Assembly (NCBI GenBank): GCA_965652295.1
Contig: CBFGTS010000001.1
Coordinates: 352,001 to 416,000 of the forward strand
DNA from: an uncultured Haloferula sp.
GTDB lineage: Bacteria > Verrucomicrobiota > Verrucomicrobiia > Verrucomicrobiales > Akkermansiaceae
Length of the DNA stretch: 64,000 nucleotides
Reading direction: 5' to 3'
A model generated the notes under the pieces. The model saw only the letters and a list, made by a program, of their open reading frames with translations, did no database searches and was not told where the DNA came from. Within the stretch, counting starts at the first letter, position 1. Each line of letters begins with the position of its first letter. A program made the translations under genes and the position numbers. Positions 1-9,420 of the stretch are shown piece after piece.

Positions 1-147
1 CCACCGCCGGACCCGCCATGAGGAAAAGCCCGGCCGCGTCCTGAGCACCCAGCAGACCGCCGAGGTGAGGCTGTAAATCTCGGAGCACTCCGAAACCTTT
101 CCGCCCCGGCGTTGACGGGACCGATCCGATCGTCTCCCATCGCGCCA

Positions 148-1923
148 ATGCCGAGCGACGAGGGAAAAGGATCGCGGTTCTCGATTGAGGGACTGCGCTG
201 GGTGATGACCTACCTGAAGCCCCATCGCGCCCTGTTCCTGCCCTCGATCCTCGCGTTGATGATTACCGCCGGGCTGTCGCTGGCGTTCCCGTGGTTCATG
301 AAGGAACTCTTCGGCGGCACGGTCGATGACCTCCGCGAGGGCGTCCCCGCCCCTGAAGTCCTTCAAGCCGCCAACCGCACGATTCTCATGCTGCTCGGCG
401 TGCTGGCGGTGCAGGCGATCATCGGTTTCTTCCGCGTGCAGGGCTTGATCCGCTCCGGTGAGGCGGCGCTCAACGACCTCCGTCGCGACCTGTTCGGCCA
501 TCTCCTTCGGCTGCCGGTCCCGTTTTTCCAGGAACACCGGGCCGGCGCGCTGAGCAACCGCGTTTCCGCCGATCTCGCCGTGGTCCGCGAAACCCTGATC
601 ACCACCCTGCCTCAGGCGATCCGCCAGAGCGTGGTGCTCGTCGGTTCGCTGGTCGTGATCTTCGTGATGTCGTGGAAACTTTCGCTCGCCATGCTCGGCA
701 GCGTGCCCTTGGTGGTGCTGGCGGTGGCCATCGCCGGGCGGAAGGTGCGGAACCATTCGAAAGCGGCTCAGGACGCGCTGGCCGATGCCGGGACCGTTAT
801 CGAGGAGAGCGTCCAATCGATCGCCGACGTCAAGGCCTTCACCAACGAGCCCTTTGAATCCGCTCGCTACGACTCGGCTCTGCGGCGGTTTTTCGACGTC
901 ACCCTGCGCGGTGCCTTCGCCCGCGCCAGCTTCCTCGCCTTCGTCATTTTCGTCATGTTCGGCACCATCGCGGCCGTCGCGTGGCTCGGCGTGCGGATGA
1001 TGGTTTCCGGAAATCTCACGTCGGAGGAGTTTTCCGGCTTCATCCTCTTCAGCGTATTTGTCGGGGCCTCGCTCGGCTCGATGCCGGAAATCGTTTCCCA
1101 GCTCCAGGCGATGAGCGGCGCGACCGAGCGGCTGCGTGAAATCATGACCGAGCCGGCAGAGACTGACGGTGGTGAAGCGGTCGACCACCTCGGCGGCGCT
1201 CTCGCCCTCCAAGGCGTGCATTTCCGCTACCCATCGCGGCCCGATCAAGCGGTGCTCGATGGTGTCGATTTCACCATCGCGCCCGGCCAGCGGATTGCCG
1301 TCGTCGGGCCTTCGGGTGCGGGAAAATCCACGCTGTTTTCCCTGATCCTCGGCTACTACCGGCCGGAGTGTGGCCAGGTGATGTTCGATGGCCGGGACGC
1401 CGCCACGCTCGACTTGCAGGCGCTGCGCAAGGCCATCGCGGTGGTGCCGCAGGAGGTCATGCTTTTCGGCGGTACCATCCTGGAGAACATCGAATACGGC
1501 CGACCCGGCGCGAGCCGCGAGGAAATCATCGAGGCCGCGAAGAAGGCGAACGCCCACGATTTCATCGAGGAGCGGCCGGAAGGCTACGAAACCGTCGTCG
1601 GCCCCCGCGGCGTGAAGCTCTCCGGCGGCCAGCGCCAGCGGATCGCGATCGCCCGCGCGATCCTCGCCGACCCGCGTATCCTGCTGCTCGACGAGGCGAC
1701 CAGCGCGCTGGATGCGGAAAGCGAGCGGCTCGTCAACGAAGCGCTCGACCGTCTGATGGCCGGCCGCACCAGCCTGGTGATCGCCCACCGCCTCTCCACC
1801 GTCCGCAATGCCGACCGCATCCTTGTTTTGAACCAGGGCAGGCTGGTCGAGCAGGGCACGCATGACGAGCTGATGGCGCAGGCCGGGACCTACAAGGTGC
1901 TGGTGCAAACCCAGCTCGGATAG
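148..1923 (+). CDS. ABC exporter, fused permease + ATP-binding domain (MsbA/ABCB-like)
   Basis: About 6 hydrophobic helices, then Walker A GPSGAGKS, signature LSGGQRQR, Walker B LLLDEATSALD and the H-loop IAHRLST. ATG at 148 preferred over TTG at 112. Confidence 0.92.
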   Translation: MPSDEGKGSRFSIEGLRWVMTYLKPHRALFLPSILALMITAGLSLAFPWFMKELFGGTVDDLREGVPAPEVLQAANRTILMLLGVLAVQAIIGFFRVQGLIRSGEAALNDLRRDLFGHLLRLPVPFFQEHRAGALSNRVSADLAVVRETLITTLPQAIRQSVVLVGSLVVIFVMSWKLSLAMLGSVPLVVLAVAIAGRKVRNHSKAAQDALADAGTVIEESVQSIADVKAFTNEPFESARYDSALRRFFDVTLRGAFARASFLAFVIFVMFGTIAAVAWLGVRMMVSGNLTSEEFSGFILFSVFVGASLGSMPEIVSQLQAMSGATERLREIMTEPAETDGGEAVDHLGGALALQGVHFRYPSRPDQAVLDGVDFTIAPGQRIAVVGPSGAGKSTLFSLILGYYRPECGQVMFDGRDAATLDLQALRKAIAVVPQEVMLFGGTILENIEYGRPGASREEIIEAAKKANAHDFIEERPEGYETVVGPRGVKLSGGQRQRIAIARAILADPRILLLDEATSALDAESERLVNEALDRLMAGRTSLVIAHRLSTVRNADRILVLNQGRLVEQGTHDELMAQAGTYKVLVQTQLG

Positions 1924-1984
1924 AGGAGCGAATCATGACGTGCTGGCTGTGGGATTCCGGCGCTCGTTCTGCTAATCGTCGCCC

Positions 1985-4900
1985 ATGCAGCGGCGTCTCC
2001 AGGAAACCATCGGCTACTTTGCTTCTGAAACCGAAGCGGCTTCGGCCCGCGCGCGGTTGGAAGAACTGGCCAATGTGAAGCTCGCCTCCCGTGGGTTCGC
2101 CGTCCCGGAGCTGGCCGGCGATTCGCCACTGCTCACGCTCGGCCGCTCGCTGCTGGCGAACTTCGAGGAAAAGCTTCGCATCTTCGGTGAGCCGCTGTGC
2201 CCGGTGGACCAGGCGATCCACGACTTCCTCGCCCGCTACCTCGGAGATCAGGCGGCGGGGGTGTTCGACACCGGGGAACCGATGGTCCCGGGCTCCGCGC
2301 TCACGCTTGAGCGCCACGGGCTGGCCCGCGAGTTCTCGCTGCCGGCCGATGCCGACCGCCTCGAATCCGACATTCTCTCCTCCTTCCGCGTCCACCAAGG
2401 CGTCTGTCACAATCCCGCCAAGGACCGTCGCACCACCGAGGGCGTCTTCCACGTCGTGGAGGACGGACTACCGATCCCGGCGGATAAAAAAGGAGTCCCA
2501 CGCCGCGCCTTCGCGGGGCTGCTGAAGGCCGCGTTGAACCCTCCTGCGGAATTCCTACGCCTCCCGTACACCGCCACGCGTCCGGAGAACGAGCAGGCAC
2601 ACACCTTCGTCAGCCTCTTGCTGCGCCCGGTCGTCTGCCCCGAGGTCGCCGGCGTGGTCCGCCAGCGCACCATGGAGATCCGGTTTTTCGCCCCCGGCGC
2701 GCTGGTGAGCAATCTGGACTTCGTCGAGAGCATCTTCGGCAATGCCGGCGATCCCTCCCTGCCGGAAAATGACGCCCGCCTCGATGCCGGCGGCTGGACC
2801 GGCCACACCGGTTGCGTGATCCTCGCCCCGCACCTCACCGCCCTGAAAAAGAAGGACCTGGGCCTGCCGCATGTTTCCGAGGCCACCGCGCGTCAGCAGG
2901 CCGATGGCATGTGCTGGGAAAACGAGGACGAACTCTACAATGACGGCGGCGCGTTCAAGGTCGCCTGCCGCGATGCCTCCGGCGTCTGCGTCACCCTCAT
3001 CGCCGACAGCTACTACGGTTACTGTAAGAAGGAAGTGAAGACGCAGATCAGCTTCGCCGCGAACCTCTTCGGTCTTTGCGAGGAAGAGCACGCCGGTGGT
3101 GCGTTGGCGTTCCCCTCGTTCGACCACGGCGAGGATTTCTCCGTGGCACAGCTGGGTTCGCTGGTGAACCACCGCTGGGAGGATGTGGTGCGGCTCAATG
3201 CCGACCGCATGGACGTGCTGCCTGAGGGCTACGGAGTGGACAAGCGCTGGCCGGACATCATTTACCTGCCGGAAACCGCGAGCCTCGACCTGCGCGCCCA
3301 ACGGATCACCTGGACGAAGCCCGACGGCCTCGCCGCCGAGCGCAAGATGCTGGCGGGCGAAACCTACGTCATGCCCTCCGGTTACAAGGTGGAGATGAAT
3401 CAGAGCGTGAAAGGCCAGCGTTGGCGGCTGGTCGGCACGCAGGCCGAGGGCACGCTGTGTCACAAGCCGTGCACCGTCTCCGGAGGGGGGAAATCGGAAA
3501 TCTCGAAGTCGCTTTCCGACGCCATGCTCACCGGCCCAGTCACGGTGCCGAACTTTCAGGATGCTCTGCGCCGCGTGCAGGAGATCCTCGACATGGGGCA
3601 GGAGTTTTTCACCGCCCGCTTCCACACGCCGCGCCAGCCGCAGCAGCCCAGCCGGCCGATCCTCGACCCCTCGCGCTCGTTCGGTTCGGTGGTGCGGATG
3701 ATGACGCCGGGTCATCTTTTCACCGAATCCTACAACCGCTGGCTGGAATCAATCCCGCGTCCCGTCCGTGCGCTGCTGCTCATCCTGAAGCGCCGCTACC
3801 AGCCGGAGTGGGGCGCGGATTGGGCGTCGAAATTCAGCGTCGACATGATCGATGGCCAACCCGGCATCGAACTGAAGTTCTACAACCAGCGGCTCTACAC
3901 CCGCTACCTGCGGGTCGGCTTCTCGGACGACGGATCATGGCGCATCTTCGGGTTGCGCAAGGACTTCGCGCCGGCGGTGAAACTGCAGCGCGAGGACGAC
4001 ATCACCGCTTCAGTCGTCGTTCCGGCGGCGAAATTGAAAGGCCTGCATCCGAAGCTCGACGAGCCCTGCTACAAGTTCGTGGCCAACTGCGAGTATCGGC
4101 TTTTCCAGCGCCCGGACGACGCCGTGATTCGCGGCTACGACCGCACCACCGAGGCGGATTTCGCGAAAAAGGGGATGTTTTTCTCCAATTACGAGCCTTT
4201 GCCCCGGGCGCTGGCCAAGGAGATGACCGAGGATGCGGTCCGCTTCGGTCAGTTCACTGCACCGGCTCAGAGAATGATCCGCGAGGTCGTCGCGGCGGAT
4301 TCGCCCGATTGGTTCGTCTGCACCGCCAATCCGCGGATCGTCGATGGCAAGCCGACCAAGAATCCGCGGTATCTGCAGAACCGGCCCGACCTCGACGATC
4401 CGCGAAAGGAATACCTCGGCGAGCTGGGCGCGCGGCTCTACCGGCGGCTCGAGCCCTTGCAGCCGGTGCTCAACCCCGCCCACTCCGTCCTCACCGGCCG
4501 CCGCAACAACCCGGCCGAACCCGAGGTCGGCATCCGTCCGCTCGCGGTCTTCGGGCCCGTCCATTTCCAGGAGCTGCCGGAGCTGTTCATGGACTTCACC
4601 GCGAGCCTCACCGGCAAGTCCCCCTCGACCACCGGAGCGGGCTCCGAAGGCGCGCTTACGAAAGGCCCGTTCAACTGCCTGTTGCCGATCCACGATCTCA
4701 ACAACGCTCTCATTTCCATGCTGCTCACCCGCTCGCACGGCTTCAGCAGCGCCGCCGGTCACATCGGCAGGAAATACCGGGTCGATCACGACATCAGCCT
4801 GGTCGTTCCCGAGGTCTGGAGCCGCATGCACATCCACGAGCGCGATCCCGAATGGCTCATCGAGCACGGTTGTTTGGAGCAGGTGAAGGACTTCGAGCAC

Positions 4901-5494
4901 GAAGGCCGCACGATCCCCGGCAGCCGGCTCGGGTGGCGGATCACGAAGGAGTTCGTCTCGCGCTTCTTCGGCCGGGTTTTCAATGATCCCATGGCCGTGT
5001 TTCCCGTCGACATGCTGCGGCCGGAATTGCAGAGCCAGGAGGAGTTCATCGACGGCATCGAGCACATCGCCGAGGCCCACCAGCGGGTGGCGGCGGACTA
5101 TTTCCGGGACGGATCGATCGACCACGCCATCCCGCCGCTCAAGGCGCTGCTGACCATCATGGCGGAGGGCAGGTGGGAGGGAAAAACGGCGAACGACCTG
5201 GAGGTCCGCCAGCTCTTCAGCCTCGAAGCGATGTTGGAGAGCGATTGGTATCGCGCTCGTCTTCAGGCCCGTGCCACCACCGCGCATCGGCTGTGGGAGC
5301 GCCACGTGGCCGATCTATCGAGCTTCCTTGAGCGCCGCACCCGCCTCCAGCCAGCCGAGCGGGCAGCGATGGAGGAGAAACTCCAGCACGCCCGGGAGCA
5401 GCTCCTCGACCTCGAAAAAACCGGGGCCCAGCGCTACGCCGGATCCCTCGGTCTTGATCCGGCTCTTCTGGAGACGGAGTTTTGTGGTTCATGA
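1985..5494 (+). CDS. Pyrophosphate-dependent phosphoenolpyruvate carboxykinase (PPi-PEPCK family)
   Basis: 1169 aa. Motifs HNPAKDRRTTEGVFH, YYGYCKKEVKTQISF, EEEHAGGA, P-loop-like CHKPCTVSGGGKSEISKS and GKSPSTTGAGSEGALTKGPFN match my recollection of the ~1150-aa PPi-type PEPCK family. Confidence 0.82.
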   Translation: MQRRLQETIGYFASETEAASARARLEELANVKLASRGFAVPELAGDSPLLTLGRSLLANFEEKLRIFGEPLCPVDQAIHDFLARYLGDQAAGVFDTGEPMVPGSALTLERHGLAREFSLPADADRLESDILSSFRVHQGVCHNPAKDRRTTEGVFHVVEDGLPIPADKKGVPRRAFAGLLKAALNPPAEFLRLPYTATRPENEQAHTFVSLLLRPVVCPEVAGVVRQRTMEIRFFAPGALVSNLDFVESIFGNAGDPSLPENDARLDAGGWTGHTGCVILAPHLTALKKKDLGLPHVSEATARQQADGMCWENEDELYNDGGAFKVACRDASGVCVTLIADSYYGYCKKEVKTQISFAANLFGLCEEEHAGGALAFPSFDHGEDFSVAQLGSLVNHRWEDVVRLNADRMDVLPEGYGVDKRWPDIIYLPETASLDLRAQRITWTKPDGLAAERKMLAGETYVMPSGYKVEMNQSVKGQRWRLVGTQAEGTLCHKPCTVSGGGKSEISKSLSDAMLTGPVTVPNFQDALRRVQEILDMGQEFFTARFHTPRQPQQPSRPILDPSRSFGSVVRMMTPGHLFTESYNRWLESIPRPVRALLLILKRRYQPEWGADWASKFSVDMIDGQPGIELKFYNQRLYTRYLRVGFSDDGSWRIFGLRKDFAPAVKLQREDDITASVVVPAAKLKGLHPKLDEPCYKFVANCEYRLFQRPDDAVIRGYDRTTEADFAKKGMFFSNYEPLPRALAKEMTEDAVRFGQFTAPAQRMIREVVAADSPDWFVCTANPRIVDGKPTKNPRYLQNRPDLDDPRKEYLGELGARLYRRLEPLQPVLNPAHSVLTGRRNNPAEPEVGIRPLAVFGPVHFQELPELFMDFTASLTGKSPSTTGAGSEGALTKGPFNCLLPIHDLNNALISMLLTRSHGFSSAAGHIGRKYRVDHDISLVVPEVWSRMHIHERDPEWLIEHGCLEQVKDFEHEGRTIPGSRLGWRITKEFVSRFFGRVFNDPMAVFPVDMLRPELQSQEEFIDGIEHIAEAHQRVAADYFRDGSIDHAIPPLKALLTIMAEGRWEGKTANDLEVRQLFSLEAMLESDWYRARLQARATTAHRLWERHVADLSSFLERRTRLQPAERAAMEEKLQHAREQLLDLEKTGAQRYAGSLGLDPALLETEFCGS

Positions 5495-5561
5495 AAGCTG
5501 CGCAGTTCGGCGGAATCCGAAACGGCTTGGAAACCAGTTCGATGTCGAATGAAGCTCCGAT

Positions 5562-6107
5562 ATGCCGAAGCTGCTGATCATAATTTCCCTGCTCACACTG
5601 ATCGCGGCGATGGTCGCGCGGTGGTGGTTCTGGGGGCGCGTGCGGGAGCGGGGACGCCGGGTGGAGTGCTCGATTTCGGTCGGGGAGGTTTGCGAGATGC
5701 TGGCGGTCTCGTGCGGGAAATCGGCGGATCTGAAGGACGCGGCGGCGCTGGGCGTGGCGGTGCGGGAGGCGGGGATGCAGCTGATGGAAAGAGAAGGACT
5801 GGCGCTGGCGAAGCGGCGCCGGCTGGGTTGGTGGAACCTCCGCATCCTGCCGGGACTGGTGGCGATGGTGGCGGTGGTGTCCGCGGTGAGCAAGTGGGCT
5901 CCGGTCCAGTGGGTGCTGGCGATCGGAGCGCTGTTGATCGCCGGGCACGTGGTGGTGAGGGTCAGTGGCTTGTCGATCGAGCTGGAAGCGGTGAAACGCG
6001 GCTGGACGGAACTCGGCAAGCACGTGCGGTTCCGCCGGATGGATGAGGAAGAGGCGGTCCTGCGCTGCGCCCGGGCGAGCGTCTGGGAGACGATTCTGCC
6101 GTGGTAG
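5562..6107 (+). CDS. Hypothetical membrane protein (181 aa)
   Basis: ATG start, N-terminal hydrophobic helix plus two further hydrophobic segments; fills the gap between PEPCK and polX. Confidence 0.7.
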   Translation: MPKLLIIISLLTLIAAMVARWWFWGRVRERGRRVECSISVGEVCEMLAVSCGKSADLKDAAALGVAVREAGMQLMEREGLALAKRRRLGWWNLRILPGLVAMVAVVSAVSKWAPVQWVLAIGALLIAGHVVVRVSGLSIELEAVKRGWTELGKHVRFRRMDEEEAVLRCARASVWETILPW

Positions 6108-6246
6108 GAGCGCCGATTATGAAATCGGCATCGAAGGAGCGTTGGATGTGGCCTCCCGGTTGGGATGAACGGGCGGGTGAAGCTGTCTATCGAGAACAGG
6201 AAAGCTCGCCCGAGGAGGTGATGCCGATTTCATAATCGGCGCTCCT
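6104..6246. repeat. REPIN-like element: two inverted 27-bp arms, each a palindrome
   Basis: 6106-6132 aggagcgccgattatgaaatcggcatc is the exact reverse complement of 6220-6246. Each arm contains the hairpin gccgatt-N4-aatcggc. GTAG is at 6104-6107. Confidence 0.85.
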
Positions 6247-7969
6247 TTTGGGTGGAGAGAAACGCCTTCACTTCCTCAAGGCTGCGGGTGTTGAAGACGT
6301 CCTGTTTCCTCAGCCATCCTTTGCGGGCGATGCCGACGCCGAAGCTGAGGAACTGGAGTTGCTCGGGGCTGTGGGCATCGGGGTTGATCGAGGTCAGCAC
6401 GCCCTTGTCGCGGGCCTTTTTCCACCAGCGCCAATCCATATCGAGGCGCTTGGGCGCGCAATTCAACTCGATGATGGTGCGGGTGGCGGCGACGCAGTCG
6501 ATGATCTTGTCGTGGTTCACCGCGTAGGCGTCACGGCGGAGAAGGAGCCGGCCGGTGAGGTGGCCGAGCATGGTGATGTGCTCGTTCTCCATGGAACGGA
6601 TGAGCCGCCGGGTCATGGTTTTTTCATCGAGCGTGAAGGACGCGTGGACGGAGGCGACGGCATAGTCGAGCTGGGCGAGAACCTCGTCGGGGAAATCGAG
6701 CGAGCCGTCCTTGAGGATATCGACTTCCGAGCCAGCGAAGATCCAGAGTTCGTCGCCGCGCTGTGCGTTCCACGCGCGGATCTGCTCGACCTGCCTGAGC
6801 AGGCGTTCTTCGTTGAGACCGTTGGCTTGGAAAGAGGCCTTGGAGTGATCGGCGATGCCGAGGTAGCGGAGGCCGAGGTCAATGGCGGCTTCGGCCATTT
6901 CTTCCAGAGTGGCGCGGCCATCGGAGGCGGTGGTGTGGTTGTGGAAGGTGCCGCGGAGGTTCTCGAGCTCGACGAGTCGGGGGAGCTCGCCTTTGGCCGC
7001 GGCTTCGATTTCGCCGCGGTTCTCGCGGAGTTCGGGCGGGATGAATTCGAGGCCGAGGGCTTTGTAGATGCCGGCTTCGTCGTAAACTTCGGGGATCTCG
7101 CGATCGCCGGTGAAGCCGTATTCGTTGAGCGAGAGGCCCTGCTTGAGGGCGAGCGAGCGGAGGGCGACGTTGTGCTCTTTGGAGCCGGAGAAATACTGGA
7201 GGGCGAAGGGAAACTGGGCGTTCGAGACGGCCCGGAGGTCGCACTGGATGCCGTTGTCGAGACGGATGGAGCATTTGGTGTCGCCCTGCACGATGACTTC
7301 CGCGGCGAGGTCGAGCGTCGCGAACCAGGCGGTGAGTTCGGCGGGTCGGGTGGTGGCGGCGATGAAGTCGAGATCGCCAATGGTTTCCTTCGAGCGCCGG
7401 AGCGAACCGGCATACTGGGCGCGTAGTACCTCGGGGTGCTTGCGAAGCCTGCCGAGGATGAGCGCGGCGGCGTTGGTGGCGGTGGAGAGCAGGAAGCGGT
7501 TGGCGAAAGCTTTGCGGCGGGCGAGAGCCTCGAGGATTTTTTGCTCGGTCTTTTTTCCGAAACCGGAAAGCCCGGCGACCTTGCCGTCGAGGCAGGCGGT
7601 TTTGAGTTCAGGGATGGATCCGACGCCGAGTTCCTTGTGAAGAGCGGCGATCTTTTTCGGGCCGAGGCCTTCGACATCGAAGAGGTCGAAGAACGTGTCC
7701 GGGTATTGGGAGCGGAGGTTCTGGTGAAAGGCGAGCGTGCCGGTGGTGGCGAGTTCGTGGAGCTTTTGCTGGAGGGCGTCACCGATGCCTTTGATGCCGC
7801 CGAGGTCGTTGTCTTTGGCCCGTTGGACGATGTCGCCATCGAAGCCACGGACGATCTCGGCTCCCTGCCGGTAGGCGCGGGTTTTGAAAGGATTCTCGCC
7901 CTGGATTTCGAGGAGCAGGGCAATTTCCTCCAAGACTTCGGCGAGACTTTCGCGGGTAACGTCAGACAT
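6230..7969 (-). CDS. polX: DNA polymerase X family with C-terminal PHP domain
   Basis: N-terminal ENPFKTRAY, HhH motifs (GIKGIG, VEGLGPKK), catalytic GSLRR..GDLD and CDLR, and PHP motifs HNHT..SDG, DHS, GHLTGR, NPDAH. ATG at 7969. Confidence 0.93.
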   Translation of the reverse strand: MSDVTRESLAEVLEEIALLLEIQGENPFKTRAYRQGAEIVRGFDGDIVQRAKDNDLGGIKGIGDALQQKLHELATTGTLAFHQNLRSQYPDTFFDLFDVEGLGPKKIAALHKELGVGSIPELKTACLDGKVAGLSGFGKKTEQKILEALARRKAFANRFLLSTATNAAALILGRLRKHPEVLRAQYAGSLRRSKETIGDLDFIAATTRPAELTAWFATLDLAAEVIVQGDTKCSIRLDNGIQCDLRAVSNAQFPFALQYFSGSKEHNVALRSLALKQGLSLNEYGFTGDREIPEVYDEAGIYKALGLEFIPPELRENRGEIEAAAKGELPRLVELENLRGTFHNHTTASDGRATLEEMAEAAIDLGLRYLGIADHSKASFQANGLNEERLLRQVEQIRAWNAQRGDELWIFAGSEVDILKDGSLDFPDEVLAQLDYAVASVHASFTLDEKTMTRRLIRSMENEHITMLGHLTGRLLLRRDAYAVNHDKIIDCVAATRTIIELNCAPKRLDMDWRWWKKARDKGVLTSINPDAHSPEQLQFLSFGVGIARKGWLRKQDVFNTRSLEEVKAFLSTQKERRL

Positions 7970-8052
7970 GGAGGAAGGGAACCGCCAAGATGCCGGGAAC
8001 GCCAAGGTTTTTGGAAGGGAGGCGCCATCAGAGGCGTCTGGAGGTTTGCGCG

Positions 8053-9420
8053 CTACCCTGCGGAACCTGAGCCAGAAGGCTCGAATAGCCAGCCTTCCTC
8101 GACCGGCTGGTAACGAAACAATCCCTGGGTATCGAGAAACCGGCGAAGTTCCGCTTCTGAGGCGGAATTAATCGATTGCACCGGCCGCGTATGGACGACC
8201 GGCAGTGCATCGACGATGCCTTTCCTCCCCAGTGGCACGTAGTCGTATCCCCAACCGCTGCCGTTTTCCTCATCCAGATAGCTGTGGAACTCAGTCCACG
8301 CCTCTCTGGCGAACACAGGCGCCATGATCTCGACGAAGTTTGTGAGCCGCCCAACGACGGGTAGGGGTTCATCCGAATCCTTGAAGCGCCGCGGCAGGGG
8401 GCAGGCTCTCCAGGCTGTGATCCCGTGAGATAGTCCGTGAGGCGACTGAATCGCGGGCTGCGCTACCGAGAGGCGATTGGCGGTCATGATCCGAACGAAG
8501 CGAAGAGGGTCGAAGTCCTCACAGTCGAGATCGTCGTCCCAGTAGAAAATGAAGTCGTAGGCCGCGACCGTCTCTGGTGCCAAGTGACGGAGCGCCAGCT
8601 GCCATTTGTAGCCTCGGTCCTTGATGATTCTAGTTCCGGAGCGAACCTCCATTTCCGCGTCGTCGTATTGCAGGAGAAGGCAATCGGCTCCTGCTCTCTG
8701 GAAACATGTCAGAGCCCGCTCGACGAGTGGTTGAGCATTCACACCCACTGGGGAGGCGAACAGGATGCGCGGCTGGAAGCCTACTGGAAGCCTGCGAAGC
8801 CTTTCTTTTGCAGGCTGAATTGCCAGACACGGGACTGGATGATGCATTTTTCCCGGCACGTGCTTCACGGGCTCCTGCCAGTCCCAGGTATCGACGCTGT
8901 ACCAGCGATCACGTCGGTCCTCTGGAGTGAAGCCTCCTTCACCTCCGATATCCTCGATCTTCAGCCCTGCCTGGTCGATCAGTGTGGGAACCACCGCCTC
9001 ATGATGGCCGCCCCAGCCATTCTTGAGCCCCTCTACGACCGCCGCCGCAGCAGCCCGGCTCAGACGTGCGAGGGGCAGCATGGCGGCGATTCCGTCCGAC
9101 GTTGAATGATCTCCTGAAGCCTTCAGACTTCGCAACCAGTGCCAATCGGGCTCCTCAGTGCGGTGTCGCACCACGGTGGCGAGGAGGTCCGCATCGCAGC
9201 GGGAAAAACTTTCGAAAAATTCATCCCAATCTCCGTCGAAAAAGACCTGCTCGTCGATGAGCCAAAGGTACCGATCCTCGGTGGAAAGAAACGCTTCGAG
9301 CATCGCACCGAGCTTTTGCAGCGTAAGACCGGGGCCGGTTTCCAGAATGGCTTCCACGCTCGACCAAGAGTTTTCTTCATCGCGCTCGCCGGCGTTGTTT
9401 TCGAAAGGAATGGAATTCAT
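8053..9420 (-). CDS. Two-domain putative glycosyltransferase: DUF3405-like + DUF707-like
   Basis: N-half LWLIDEQVFFDG..DADLL..LPLARLS..GHHEAVVPT..KIEDIGG. C-half YDFIFYWDDDL..AQPAI..TNFVEIMAPVFAREAW..GWGYD resembles DUF707 (GT-A-like). Confidence 0.7.
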   Translation of the reverse strand: MNSIPFENNAGERDEENSWSSVEAILETGPGLTLQKLGAMLEAFLSTEDRYLWLIDEQVFFDGDWDEFFESFSRCDADLLATVVRHRTEEPDWHWLRSLKASGDHSTSDGIAAMLPLARLSRAAAAAVVEGLKNGWGGHHEAVVPTLIDQAGLKIEDIGGEGGFTPEDRRDRWYSVDTWDWQEPVKHVPGKMHHPVPCLAIQPAKERLRRLPVGFQPRILFASPVGVNAQPLVERALTCFQRAGADCLLLQYDDAEMEVRSGTRIIKDRGYKWQLALRHLAPETVAAYDFIFYWDDDLDCEDFDPLRFVRIMTANRLSVAQPAIQSPHGLSHGITAWRACPLPRRFKDSDEPLPVVGRLTNFVEIMAPVFAREAWTEFHSYLDEENGSGWGYDYVPLGRKGIVDALPVVHTRPVQSINSASEAELRRFLDTQGLFRYQPVEEGWLFEPSGSGSAG

